Positions 21,201 to 29,791 of a stretch of DNA of 64,000 nucleotides are shown here, piece by piece. Origin of the DNA: an uncultured bacterium (GTDB lineage: Bacteria; UBP14; UBA6098); assembly GCA_964459995.1 (NCBI GenBank), contig CAYWOR010000001.1, forward strand, positions 273,328 through 337,327. The letters run 5' to 3'. Under the pieces are notes generated by a model. That model was given only the letters and a program-made list of their open reading frames with translations. It was not told where the DNA came from and searched no databases. Each line of letters starts with the position of its first letter. Position 1 is the first letter of the stretch. The position numbers and the translations under genes were made by a program.

Positions 21201-21461
21201 GCCGATAATATCAACGATGTCGCGATGTTTTTCTATCCCAACATGTTCAGCGAGCCGGCGGAGCTGGTTGTATTCGACACGCGCAACAGAGAGGTCTGGA
21301 GATCGAGCATCCCGACACAGGAAGACATTGTGTCCGCCCCCGGAAGACTTTGGGATGGCCGGCGCAAAGACGGCACTCAGGCTGATTCCGGAATCTACCT
21401 TTATGTTCTGACCTCCGGCGGCAGGGTGATCTGCAATGGAACACTGTTGCTATTGAGGTGA
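18216..21461 (+). CDS. Secreted 1081-aa protein: N-terminal BNR/sialidase-like beta-propeller-type repeats, central jelly-roll (PA14-like?) region, C-terminal T9SS type B sorting domain
   Basis: Signal peptide. 'SNDNGTSW' Asp-box-like and repeated 'LH.VW' blades. C-terminus 'VVPNPFTPNADNINDVAMFF....LVVFDTRNREVWRS....WDGRRKDG.....GIYLYVL.....ICNGTLLLLR' matches the type B (TIGR04131/CHU_C-like) pattern. Confidence 0.55.
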   Translation: MLRKIIAITFIIFAITALAEPVVVARDVHGSASGLNNQRTIVRNSGGILYCAYSGFDGGSYQIYIAMSNDNGTSWVPDWRQITFDTTNHYQPSLVIDSQDTLHLVWRGNSVTGSDANLLYAKWPAFTITTLCASSGYPGAYCPSMAVGPDDDLHVVWTGCPSGWQVRYMRFDVATGSWGPTENVGVMTPSRWPSVEADTDGNPHVVYRNTFGSPSHYRCSHRMKIGGTWRGFNGENRDTLDVFLVSGRSSLEFTSIYIDPDDNLYATWQWNDYFGSHPDTVRFRKFNHSAYTWGAETAIWGNDSSDSYTAYNGDVVVDSSGVIYVFYHDNDSCYVAISYDGGLSFVGDSVVSHGNYTARYPTARGSLWPPFNRTGSCIDYVYTWSHPDSTIKYLIYDNTCGQKETTFVVAETVFPPSGVILSCSDQSIITYIACPEPCSVSLFSSPATVEYYDSASATWRPVSARDPSVWEPYEVPGADWVWGSMMSAGRGYWFRAFIEHDCTEFSRATIKIRCDNQAWVYCNDEFVDTTNGYSGTGPWGWRTMFEFDLTEFLHGGTDTFTILATNVSGWAGLAFHISIENPGGCCGEIDPWSIDYVVNGRHYSYGDPELDWDGDSTLIFTPMPPDTFQNGDTVFAKLLFAADTCVGELDTVVTNASVLFFIDLAPPVIQLISPSFGDLTSLPDNFFFGLWDSISGLDIASIRADVAGLIFGDGEFGAIYADSVFSFAATDVGIVWSPGDSIIISISAWDSPDLCDPNADTLRWAWFMRDPEAPIPSIIEPEPWIYSACAPESIMVEILDPHGIAPATIELEINGEIFTVDSPEISWEEPVLTYFAVDGWPNTDTIRVSLNHAEDIFGNDISAPLQWAFIVDYEPPTAEMTAPAVEMTRDVRQDIVIWICDRLSGVDPSTALLNIDGAEFPLENMQWTPDAPCGELYFRPEDVGLIFVNGETVHVCLTIGDSPNRCAPNVAEFCWSFLIEPEVGCEVVPNPFTPNADNINDVAMFFYPNMFSEPAELVVFDTRNREVWRSSIPTQEDIVSAPGRLWDGRRKDGTQADSGIYLYVLTSGGRVICNGTLLLLR

Positions 21462-21462
21462 T

Positions 21463-24090
21463 ATGAAAAAGTTAGCGATAACACTTCTTCTGATTTCTAC
21501 AACCTGCCTTCTCTCTGCGCCGGTTCGCATTGCGCGCGATGTCGCAGGCACAGCCTCCGGTCTCAACAATCAACGCATGATTGTGCGCGATTCGGCGGGC
21601 AACCTTTATGTCGCCTATGAAGCAATTATCGGCACAGATAGCGAAATATATATTGCCCGAAGCACCGACAACGGCGCGACCTGGAATTCTGCATGGGCTA
21701 ATTTGACCTCGAGTTTGAGCAATCATCACCGAATGCCCACTATGGCCATCGATGCCTTCGATACCCTCCATATCATTTGGCGTGGCAATACAACCGGCTC
21801 CGACGCCAATCTGCTTTATACACGCTATCCCAACCCATCGATTACAACCATTTGCACATATTCTGCTTATCCGGGTGCCTTTTGCCCATCGCTGGCGGTC
21901 GGGCCGAATAACAACCTCCACGCCGCATGGAGTGGATGCCCCTCGAGCTGGCTTGTGCGATATTCGATGTTCAACAGAGCGACAGCTTCCTGGGGGCCGC
22001 ACGAGGATGTCGGCCCAAGAACCCCTTCGAGATGGCCCTCCATCGACATCGATCAGTCGGGTCGCCCTCATGTTGTCTATCGCAACAACTATTCGAGCAA
22101 CTATCATATCGCCCATCGAATGAAGGACGGCGCCGCGTGGATAGGTTTCAACGGTCAAAACCACGATTCGCTGGATTTCGACGACATTGCCGCCGCCGTC
22201 GAATACACATCTCTTTTCATCGATTCGCTGGAGAATCTTCACGCGATTTGGCAATGGATGGCCGGTTTTATGACCAACGCCGACAGCATCCGATATCGAA
22301 CCTATTGGAATTCCACCTCGTCATGGAGCGGTCTTCGGACGATTTTCGGGAACACCGCGGCAGATCCGCGAGTTTCATATTCCGGCGATGTCGTCGTGGA
22401 CGACCATGGCTATGTGTATATCTTCTATCACGATGACGATTCGATTTTTTGCAGAATTTTCTCGAACTTAGGCGCGACTTTTTATCTCGACACTCTTTTG
22501 GTCAATAACGCAAAAGCACGTTTCCCGAACGCCCGCGGAAGCAAATGGCCTGCCTTCAACCGCCCGCAATATCCCTGTATCGACTATGTTTACACATGGG
22601 CGCATCCCGACAGCCCCGTGGTCTCCCTAATGTTCGACCGGCTTTGCCTCGAACCTGAGGATGTCGATACGACCAAAATCTGTGCGGAAGCGCTTTTCCC
22701 GGCGGAGGGGAGTTTCACATCCTGTCCGGATCAGCGTATCGATTTCTTCATCGGCTGTTGCGAGTTCGGCGATACGATCAAGATAACCTCTACCGATACG
22801 ACCGTCGAGTATTACGACTCGACTTCGGGCACATGGGTGCCGGCCATCGCCCTCGACCCAACCCCATGGGGCACTTATTGGGTGCATCTCGACACGGACA
22901 GCTGTAACTGGGTCTGGAGCGAATATCCTGCATTGGGGAGTCATGGCAACTGGTTCCGTGTTTTGGTCGAAAGCGGTTGTTCATCGATCGACACGGCCTT
23001 CATTCGCATTCAGGTCGATAATCAGGGCACAATTTACGCCAACGGCACCTATATCGACACGACCCACGGCAACCCCGGAAGCGGCTCCACCGGCTGGCGT
23101 ATGCTTCACGAATTTGACCTAACCGAGTATTTCCACGGCGGAGTGGATACATTGACCATCATGGGATACAACTCCGGCGGCTATGCGGGTATGTTGTTCG
23201 AGCTTTATGTCATCTGTGCCGGTGCGTGTTGCGGCCAAATCGCTCCGATGACAATCGATTTTTCGGTCGATGGCGATCATTTTACAATTCTCGACCCGGA
23301 ACTCTCCTGGGACGGCGATTCGATTCTAACCTTCATCCCCATCGCTCCGGACACCTTCGAGCATGGCGACACCGTTCACGCCTGCCTCGAAAATGTCGCG
23401 GACACCTGCACCGGCTGGCTTGAAGACCCGGTTTGCATCACATTCTATGTCGATCTTCAGCCGCCGGCGATATGGGGCATCGACCCCGCGCCGGATTCAA
23501 TGGCGCCTTTCGTGCCGGAGTTTTTCGACTTCTATCTCGCCGATTCCATGGCCGGTCTCGACACCGCCTCGATTGTTTTCACCGTGGATGGTGTCGAGCA
23601 AACCATCTCCCTGACACCATCCGGCGGCAGTTGGTTCGTCCAATGGGCGCCGGACACCTCGCTCTATAATCGCGGAGATACACTCGAACTATGCGTTACC
23701 GCCGCCGATTCGGCCAATTACTGCCCGCCCAATGTCCTCGATTCGTGCTGGTTCTACTATGTTACACCCTGCAGGCCGATGGATATAAGCGTGATTTGCC
23801 CGTTACCATGTTTCAGTTTCGTCGCGTGTTCGAGCGCGTCGGTTGTTTTCGCGGTTTCCGACACTTCCGGTTTCGGAATCGACACCACGCGCGCCTATTT
23901 CACGGTCATCGAGCACCATCCCTCCACAATAGCTGACACGAGCCGTTTTGCGACACCATCGCCCTTTATTCTTTTCGATTTTTCCTCGGACACCATGGTC
24001 GCGCTATGGCGGAATTGGTCGGACGGCGACAGCGTGATAGTTATTCTCGACAGCCTCTTCTCCCTCGACGGCTGTCCCACGACGCCATAG
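21463..24090 (+). CDS. Tandem paralog of the preceding gene (875 aa). Same N-terminal architecture but no T9SS C-terminal domain. Possibly 3'-truncated.
   Basis: Near-identical N-terminal blocks ('ARDVAGTASGLNNQRMIVRDSAGNLYVAY' versus 'ARDVHGSASGLNNQRTIVRNSGGILYCAY'). Ends '...LDGCPTTP*' immediately before the AT-rich island. Confidence 0.5.
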   Translation: MKKLAITLLLISTTCLLSAPVRIARDVAGTASGLNNQRMIVRDSAGNLYVAYEAIIGTDSEIYIARSTDNGATWNSAWANLTSSLSNHHRMPTMAIDAFDTLHIIWRGNTTGSDANLLYTRYPNPSITTICTYSAYPGAFCPSLAVGPNNNLHAAWSGCPSSWLVRYSMFNRATASWGPHEDVGPRTPSRWPSIDIDQSGRPHVVYRNNYSSNYHIAHRMKDGAAWIGFNGQNHDSLDFDDIAAAVEYTSLFIDSLENLHAIWQWMAGFMTNADSIRYRTYWNSTSSWSGLRTIFGNTAADPRVSYSGDVVVDDHGYVYIFYHDDDSIFCRIFSNLGATFYLDTLLVNNAKARFPNARGSKWPAFNRPQYPCIDYVYTWAHPDSPVVSLMFDRLCLEPEDVDTTKICAEALFPAEGSFTSCPDQRIDFFIGCCEFGDTIKITSTDTTVEYYDSTSGTWVPAIALDPTPWGTYWVHLDTDSCNWVWSEYPALGSHGNWFRVLVESGCSSIDTAFIRIQVDNQGTIYANGTYIDTTHGNPGSGSTGWRMLHEFDLTEYFHGGVDTLTIMGYNSGGYAGMLFELYVICAGACCGQIAPMTIDFSVDGDHFTILDPELSWDGDSILTFIPIAPDTFEHGDTVHACLENVADTCTGWLEDPVCITFYVDLQPPAIWGIDPAPDSMAPFVPEFFDFYLADSMAGLDTASIVFTVDGVEQTISLTPSGGSWFVQWAPDTSLYNRGDTLELCVTAADSANYCPPNVLDSCWFYYVTPCRPMDISVICPLPCFSFVACSSASVVFAVSDTSGFGIDTTRAYFTVIEHHPSTIADTSRFATPSPFILFDFSSDTMVALWRNWSDGDSVIVILDSLFSLDGCPTTP

Positions 24091-24229
24091 GGCTAAATTC
24101 CCCCCCTTTGTTCTGAACCCCCCTTTCGACTCGGATATGACGTTGTTTGCCCGATCGTGATGCTGAAAGTTTGTCCTTTGGAATGCGAAATCGCCTGAAA
24201 GGTCATCATCGGCGGCATCATATCGATTT

Positions 24230-24700
24230 TTTATTGTATTATATTAAATATAGATTTATTAATATTTGAAATGAAATGAATCAAATCAGATTATAATTGA
24301 TTCATATAAATATTATATCTAACAATAATAGATTTGAATTTATTAATAAACAAATATTATTGCTTAATTATAATAATTTAGTAAATGATAATAAATATGA
24401 ATTAAATGATTAGGAAATTTTATTAAATGATATTAAAATTAAAACAAATAAAAAAGTAATATGAATAGATAGAAAATCAAAAAGATTAAAAAAATAAAAA
24501 TTATTAAAAGATAGAAATATAAAAATAATGAAAATAGAATTAATATGAAACAATTGAAAGAAATAATAAACAAAAAGAAAAATAAAATTAACAAATAAAA
24601 AATTGAGATGAAAGAGAAAAGAATCGTAATCACTGCAAAGAAAAACGAAATAAATGAATAGAAAAACGTAATAAACGAAAATTTAGCGAACTGTGGCTAA
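24230..24700. repeat. Extremely AT-rich (>85% A+T by eye), purine-skewed low-complexity island inside a ~50-55% GC contig. No credible ORF.
   Basis: C is nearly absent for ~400 bp. The + strand 24440-24700 is almost pure A/G/T ('aaaagattaaaaaaataaaaattattaaaagatagaaatat...'). Small palindrome tgaatcaa...ttgattca at ~24279-24306. Confidence 0.8.
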
Positions 24701-25060
24701 ACCATCGAGCGAATTTTGCGTTAAAATCCCTTTTGACGGAAAAGACAGATGATGCACGACCCAAATATCGCAAAATATTCTCCATATGTCTCGATTTCGG
24801 TCTCAGGGTTCTCAAATCGAGCAAAATGGATTGCTAATTTGTCCAACACGATTACAAAAGTAGGCAAAGAATTGAAGTCATTGCTAATCAATGAGTTCGA
24901 GGAGTCGCTCCACCGAAAAAAGAAATCGCATTGTTTAATAAAAATATTGCCGCGGCATTTGACGCAAACGAAAATTCGATATTGATACCCCACGCACCCT
25001 TATCTCTTGACAAAACCACCAGCGAACATTAGCTTTCCTCAAACAAACAATGGAGGTAAA

Positions 25061-25579
25061 ATGAAAAATCTCATCCTAATTCTGTGCATTTTCGCGCTGG
25101 TCGCCGCTCCGGCGATGGCCAAGAAAAAGGGGCATATCTCGGTCAACGCTAAAATGGAGCTTTACAACCCCCCCGGCGACGATCTTATCGCCCCAATGTT
25201 CACAGTGCAGGCGCGTTACCGTATGAGCGCTTTCTTCGCCGCAGTCGGCAACGCCTCCTGGACAAAATACAAAATTGCCGGTAACGATGTTACCTTCGTC
25301 CCGCTTTCTGTCGATGGCGAGCTTCATCCGATGGGCAAAAGCACCTTCGACCCATATCTCGGAGCCGGTATCGGCGCAAATTACCGTCAGGTCGAAACAC
25401 AAGACCCCGAAATCAATATCGGCGCTGATCTTCTCGGCGGCCTTATATGGAAGCCCGAAGGATATTTCGGCGTAGATGTCAGCCTTAGATATCGTATCGA
25501 AGACATCGCCAACCCAAGCAAATCCGGCTCGTGGACAGTCGGCGGCGGCGTTACCGGAAGCTGGGAAAAGGATCTATAA
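25061..25579 (+). CDS. Small secreted protein (~172 aa), likely small OM beta-barrel (OmpW/OMP_b-brl-like). Start refined to the ATG with a GGAGG SD.
   Basis: SD GGAGG at 25053-25057. Signal peptide MKNLILILCIFALVAAPAMA. Alternating hydrophobic beta pattern, Gly-rich C-terminus. Confidence 0.4.
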   Translation: MKNLILILCIFALVAAPAMAKKKGHISVNAKMELYNPPGDDLIAPMFTVQARYRMSAFFAAVGNASWTKYKIAGNDVTFVPLSVDGELHPMGKSTFDPYLGAGIGANYRQVETQDPEINIGADLLGGLIWKPEGYFGVDVSLRYRIEDIANPSKSGSWTVGGGVTGSWEKDL

Positions 25580-25602
25580 AAAATAGTAATTTCCTACATA
25601 AT

Positions 25603-25682
25603 AGGCCGTTGGCGCGACGCGAGCGTTCCAAATGATGTGAAGATAATCAAAATGGAACGTAGCTCGCGGCGTGCCAACGGCA
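25603..25682. other. Long imperfect stem-loop (~80 nt) in the intergenic region, without a downstream T-tract
   Basis: gccgttggcgcgacgcgagcgttcca...tggaacgtagctcgcggcgtgccaacggc: the outer ~20-bp arms are reverse complements with 2 mismatches, plus an inner cgttcca/tggaacg stem. Confidence 0.4.
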
Positions 25683-25738
25683 ATGTGCCGATAGCGAAAC
25701 GCCGCCGCTTGGCACGGAAATAGCTAATAAGCAGGGAT

Positions 25739-26629
25739 ATGAAAAGAGTTGTGATAATATTTGTCTTGCTTCTCGCCGGTCTTTCTTTCGGGCAGACCAT
25801 CTACGGCAATTCCGCGCTTCCTCCGGGGGCTTTTCTTTGGCTGTCAGGCGATGCCCGAACCGAAGCCATGGCTACCACAGCCACCGCCGATGGCGGAATC
25901 GCATCGGGATGGGCAAATCCTGCCGCGCTTTTCGAGAATCGCGATGTTTCAGCAGGAGCGACATATAGCTATGTTCGTAGCAAAACAAATAACTCAGGCC
26001 TTTTCGCCACGAAACGATTCGGCTCATGGGCAGGCGCGATGAGGTTCTTCCTCGTCAATTCCAACGAAATTGAAGCCCGCACCGGCCCGACATCACAGCC
26101 GGATTACCTCTTCGATACCCATCAGCTTTACACCCAGTTCACAATAGCGAAATCATTCACCGATTTCGTCTCATTCGGCGGTTCAGCCAAATGGATTCAC
26201 GAAAGAATCGACCAGTTCGACCGCGAAGGTTGGGTTTTCGACATCGGCCTCGCCGGGGAATACGAGTTTATCAAAGGCGGTGTCGCGGTGAATAATTTCG
26301 GCGGCAAACAGGTCTATTTCGATCAATACCGCGAAAATTACCCGACAACCTACCGCATGGGTCTCGCCGGCAAAATCCTCGATTACGGCCTCGTCGCGGT
26401 CGATTATGTTAAACCCGATCTTCTCTCAGGCTACACAGCGATTGGCATCGAGGGATATTTGCACGATATGATCACCCTCCGCGCGGGATACACCCCCGGC
26501 CACGACACACGCAACATCTCAGCCGGAATCGGCGTCAAATACGCCGGTCTCAACCTCGATTACGCCCTGACAAACTTCTCGCAAAACCTCGGAATAAGCC
26601 ATCAGGTAACCCTCAGCTTCAGAAATTGA
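25739..26629 (+). CDS. Putative outer-membrane beta-barrel protein, PorP/SprF-like candidate (296 aa)
   Basis: Signal peptide. 'WANPAALFEN' (NPA motif) near the N-terminus. Size fits the PorP/SprF class. Located ~4.3 kb downstream of a type B CTD gene (18216-21461), with the 21463-24090 paralog, the AT-rich island and the 25061-25579 gene in between. C-terminus '...VTLSFRN'. Confidence 0.4.
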   Translation: MKRVVIIFVLLLAGLSFGQTIYGNSALPPGAFLWLSGDARTEAMATTATADGGIASGWANPAALFENRDVSAGATYSYVRSKTNNSGLFATKRFGSWAGAMRFFLVNSNEIEARTGPTSQPDYLFDTHQLYTQFTIAKSFTDFVSFGGSAKWIHERIDQFDREGWVFDIGLAGEYEFIKGGVAVNNFGGKQVYFDQYRENYPTTYRMGLAGKILDYGLVAVDYVKPDLLSGYTAIGIEGYLHDMITLRAGYTPGHDTRNISAGIGVKYAGLNLDYALTNFSQNLGISHQVTLSFRN

Positions 26630-28527
26630 GGACTTTCGCGCGCATTTTTTTGACCCTTCTCCTTTTTGCATCCGCGATTATCGCGCAGGATTCACTAATT
26701 TGGCCGTTAGCTTGCAAACCCCAGCTCACAAGCACTTTCGGCGAGTTTCGCGTCGGGCATTTCCATGCCGGAGTGGATTTCCGAACACCACAAGGCGAGG
26801 GAATGCCAATATCCGCGCCCCGCAACGGCTCCATTGTCCGCGTTCGAGAAACTCCATGGGGCTACGGCAAAGTGATTTATTATCAAATGGACAATGGCAT
26901 AACCGCTGTATTTGCGCATCTTTCGGCATTTGGCGATACTGTGGCAAGTCTGATGAAAACCGAGAAATACCGCAACAAATCCAACACTGCGGAACTTTGG
27001 TTCAAGCAGGGCGAGGTGAAATACCGTAAAGGCGATATAATAGCCTATTCCGGAAGCACCGGCGCAGGTTCGGCGCATTTGCATTTCGAGCTTCGTGCAG
27101 GAATGGACAAACCGGTCAACCCAATGGATTTCGGCTATATCACGAAAGACACCCTCGCTCCGGAGATACGCGAGATATGGCTTATCCCGCGAAGCGACAA
27201 CTCCCAGATCGAGGGCAAGCCTACACCATACAAACTCGAATCCTCCGCCTTCCGCTCGAAAAGGCCGGAAATCCACGCGCACGGCAAAATCGCAATCGCG
27301 ATAGACATCCGCGATAGAGAATGCGATGCCAACGCCAATACCTTCGGTGCATATAAAATCCGCGCAATCGCGAACGCAGACACAATATTCAGTTTTCTCG
27401 CCGACACGATTAATTATTCGACCACACGGCAAATCGGCCTCCTATACGAACTTGGGCATCAAGAAGAATTCGGCTATCGCAAACCCACTCTCCGCCTCGA
27501 AAAGCCGGAAGCCGCTCAAATCACCATGTTGAAAGGCAGATCATCGGGTATTCTCGAAGTCATCGACGACACGTTCGAGGTTACCATCGAAGTCGCCGAT
27601 TATACAGGCAATAAATCGGTAGCTCGCCTCGTTATTAAGCCTCAAACTCCCAAAACAGAAAGTTTAGACGCCGTTGATTCGATTGTCGATCACGCGATAA
27701 TATTTTCCCATAGAATATTCGGAGCAGAAAATTTAATTCTTTATACTGATTTCGAAAAACCGCCCGCAAAGCCCCCCATTATAATCCGCAATGACCAGAC
27801 AATACTCCCAAATTCGATAAGTAAAACAGCCTTCAGCTTCCGACTTTTTGATGTCGAGCCTTCGGAAGAGCTGAAAATCGCGGTCGATGGCCGCGAATAC
27901 ACGCACACGCCGAGGATTTGGCGTTTTGAGTCCGGCATGAAATACGACCTCGTCGGCGGATGGCGGATCGATATCCCCGAAGGCGGCGTCTATAGCCCCT
28001 TTGTGGCCACAGATACACTTCTGACGGACTCCAAGGGAGAGTTTCTTCGGCTCGATCCCGCAGGGGTGGTTCTGCGCCGTCCAGCGATTATCAGCGCGGA
28101 TACATCGAAAATTAGCGCTCCGAAAGGCAAAGCCTGTATCGTGCGAATTTGGAAATCGGACACCTTTTTTGTCAGCAATGAGGTCGATAAAAATGGACGT
28201 TTGAGTGCAGGCGTAAATGCACTCGGAATTTTTGCTCTTGCGAAAGACACTCTTGCGCCTAAATTGAAATTCGGAATCGCTGACAGCGCGATTGTTGTTG
28301 AGTTGCTCGAAGCGAATATCACCGACAATCTTTCCGGGTTCTCGAACGATGTGCTTCCGAGAAGTTTCATCGGCGGAGAATGGATTCCGACCGAATATGA
28401 TCCGGAAAAAGCGTCGCTTACTGTCGATGTGCGGAATTTATCGCCGGGGCTTTATTTTTGGCGGGTCGAGGCGGTCGATGTTTGCGGAAATGCCGTCGCC
28501 GATAGCATCAGATTTGTGAAAAAATAG
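26626..28527 (+). CDS. M23 family metallopeptidase (LytM-like) with ~450-aa C-terminal Ig-like/beta-rich extension
   Basis: Signal peptide. 'HFHAGVDFRTPQGEGMPISAPRNGSIV' (HxxxD) and 'GSTGAGSAHLHFELR' (HxH) M23 zinc-site motifs. Confidence 0.65.
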   Translation: MRTFARIFLTLLLFASAIIAQDSLIWPLACKPQLTSTFGEFRVGHFHAGVDFRTPQGEGMPISAPRNGSIVRVRETPWGYGKVIYYQMDNGITAVFAHLSAFGDTVASLMKTEKYRNKSNTAELWFKQGEVKYRKGDIIAYSGSTGAGSAHLHFELRAGMDKPVNPMDFGYITKDTLAPEIREIWLIPRSDNSQIEGKPTPYKLESSAFRSKRPEIHAHGKIAIAIDIRDRECDANANTFGAYKIRAIANADTIFSFLADTINYSTTRQIGLLYELGHQEEFGYRKPTLRLEKPEAAQITMLKGRSSGILEVIDDTFEVTIEVADYTGNKSVARLVIKPQTPKTESLDAVDSIVDHAIIFSHRIFGAENLILYTDFEKPPAKPPIIIRNDQTILPNSISKTAFSFRLFDVEPSEELKIAVDGREYTHTPRIWRFESGMKYDLVGGWRIDIPEGGVYSPFVATDTLLTDSKGEFLRLDPAGVVLRRPAIISADTSKISAPKGKACIVRIWKSDTFFVSNEVDKNGRLSAGVNALGIFALAKDTLAPKLKFGIADSAIVVELLEANITDNLSGFSNDVLPRSFIGGEWIPTEYDPEKASLTVDVRNLSPGLYFWRVEAVDVCGNAVADSIRFVKK

Positions 28528-28534
28528 GAGAAAA

Positions 28535-29011
28535 ATGAAAAGATACCTTCTGTTGGCGGTTTTACCGGTCATATTGTTATTCGGATGCGCGCAGGAAAAC
28601 GATCCTGTGCAGGTTGTTCGCGATTATTACCGTGCGATGGAGACGGAGGATGTCAAGCTTTATATGTCCACAGTAAGTGGCCCTCGTGCTGATGCGGCCG
28701 GTGATTATCTTGAAAAATACTTCACTAATTATGATGTTCAATATACAATAGACACCATTGGTCTATTGAGCAAAATCGGGAACGAGGCACAGGTGCTATC
28801 CATTGTTACAGCGCGCGATGCCGGCGGTCCGAAAAAATTCACCAACAATCGCGTTACTGTCCTAAATTTCCTTCGGAAACATAACAACTCATGGACGATT
28901 TACGATTCCGAGGTCTCAAACCTCATTAAGCTGGACGCCGACGGCAACCCAATCGTTCCGGAAGCCCCCAAAGACAGCCTTTTGTGGAAATCGACTCTAC
29001 CCACCGGCTAA
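28535..29011 (+). CDS. Lipoprotein, hypothetical (NTF2-like/DUF4878-like)
   Basis: Lipobox 'ILLFGCAQ'. Confidence 0.45.
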   Translation: MKRYLLLAVLPVILLFGCAQENDPVQVVRDYYRAMETEDVKLYMSTVSGPRADAAGDYLEKYFTNYDVQYTIDTIGLLSKIGNEAQVLSIVTARDAGGPKKFTNNRVTVLNFLRKHNNSWTIYDSEVSNLIKLDADGNPIVPEAPKDSLLWKSTLPTG

Positions 29012-29791
29012 GAAAATCACGAGATACCATCGGATAATCGAGTCTCCAAAATAGAAGGAGATAAGCCCCGCGGCCATCAGGAAGGGGCCGAAGGGGATAA
29101 GCCTTTCTTTTCGCATCTTTTTCGATCGTGCGATTGCGATTATTCCGCCAATCGTGCCGATTAACGAGGCCAGAAATATAGTCAGCAAAACATTTTGCCA
29201 GCCAGTGAAAGCGCCGATCATCGCGATAAGTTTAACATCGCCGAGACCCATTGCCTCTTTTTTGAGAATGGCGCTACCTATCAATCGAACCAAGAGAAGC
29301 AAAACCGCGCCAAAAGCCGCCGCGAGGGCCGCATAGAGAAGCCCCCGCCAATCTCCGGCTCGAAGTGGCGCGAGAATTAGTGCAACTACGAGTCCGCCAA
29401 TGGACAGCTCGTCGGGGATGATTTTGTGGTCGATGTCGATGCCGGTAATCGCGACGCCGAGTCCTGTCATGATTATGGCCGCCGCGAAATCCCAGCCGAG
29501 GAAACCTCCGGCGAGAGGCCATGCCGCCGCGAAAAGGCATGCCGTTACAAATTCGACGATTGGATAGCGCGCCGAGATTCTTGCGCCGCAATCACGGCAT
29601 TCTCCACGCAGGATTAAATAGCTGACTACCGGTATGTTGTCGTAGGGGCGGATTTTCGCATTGCACACCGGACAGTGTGAGGGCGGAAAGGCGATATTCT
29701 CCTCACGCGGGAGCCGCCAAATCACGACATTGAGAAAACTTCCGATTGGAAGCCCGAAAATAAAGGCTATCAGCATCGGTAACCAGTCCAC
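28997..29791 (-). CDS. pilD: Type IV prepilin peptidase (A24 family)
   Basis: N-terminal 'FLNVVIWRLPRE' and tetracysteine 'CPVCNAKI...CRDCGARIS' zinc motif, followed by a multi-TM A24 domain. Confidence 0.8.
   Translation of the reverse strand: MDWLPMLIAFIFGLPIGSFLNVVIWRLPREENIAFPPSHCPVCNAKIRPYDNIPVVSYLILRGECRDCGARISARYPIVEFVTACLFAAAWPLAGGFLGWDFAAAIIMTGLGVAITGIDIDHKIIPDELSIGGLVVALILAPLRAGDWRGLLYAALAAAFGAVLLLLVRLIGSAILKKEAMGLGDVKLIAMIGAFTGWQNVLLTIFLASLIGTIGGIIAIARSKKMRKERLIPFGPFLMAAGLISFYFGDSIIRWYLVIFLAGG

Noticed and set aside
24100-24990. Chromosomal origin (oriC) in the AT-rich island
   Set aside because: No dnaA/dnaN nearby and no TTATCCACA-like DnaA boxes seen by eye. Kept only as one hypothesis in the finding.
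24439-24993. Small ORFs in the AT-rich island (64-aa poly-F/L/I on minus; 78- and 90-aa ORFs at 24721-24993)
   Set aside because: Pure low-complexity translation of poly-A/T DNA, or no SD and no recognisable features. Overlapping frames on both strands.
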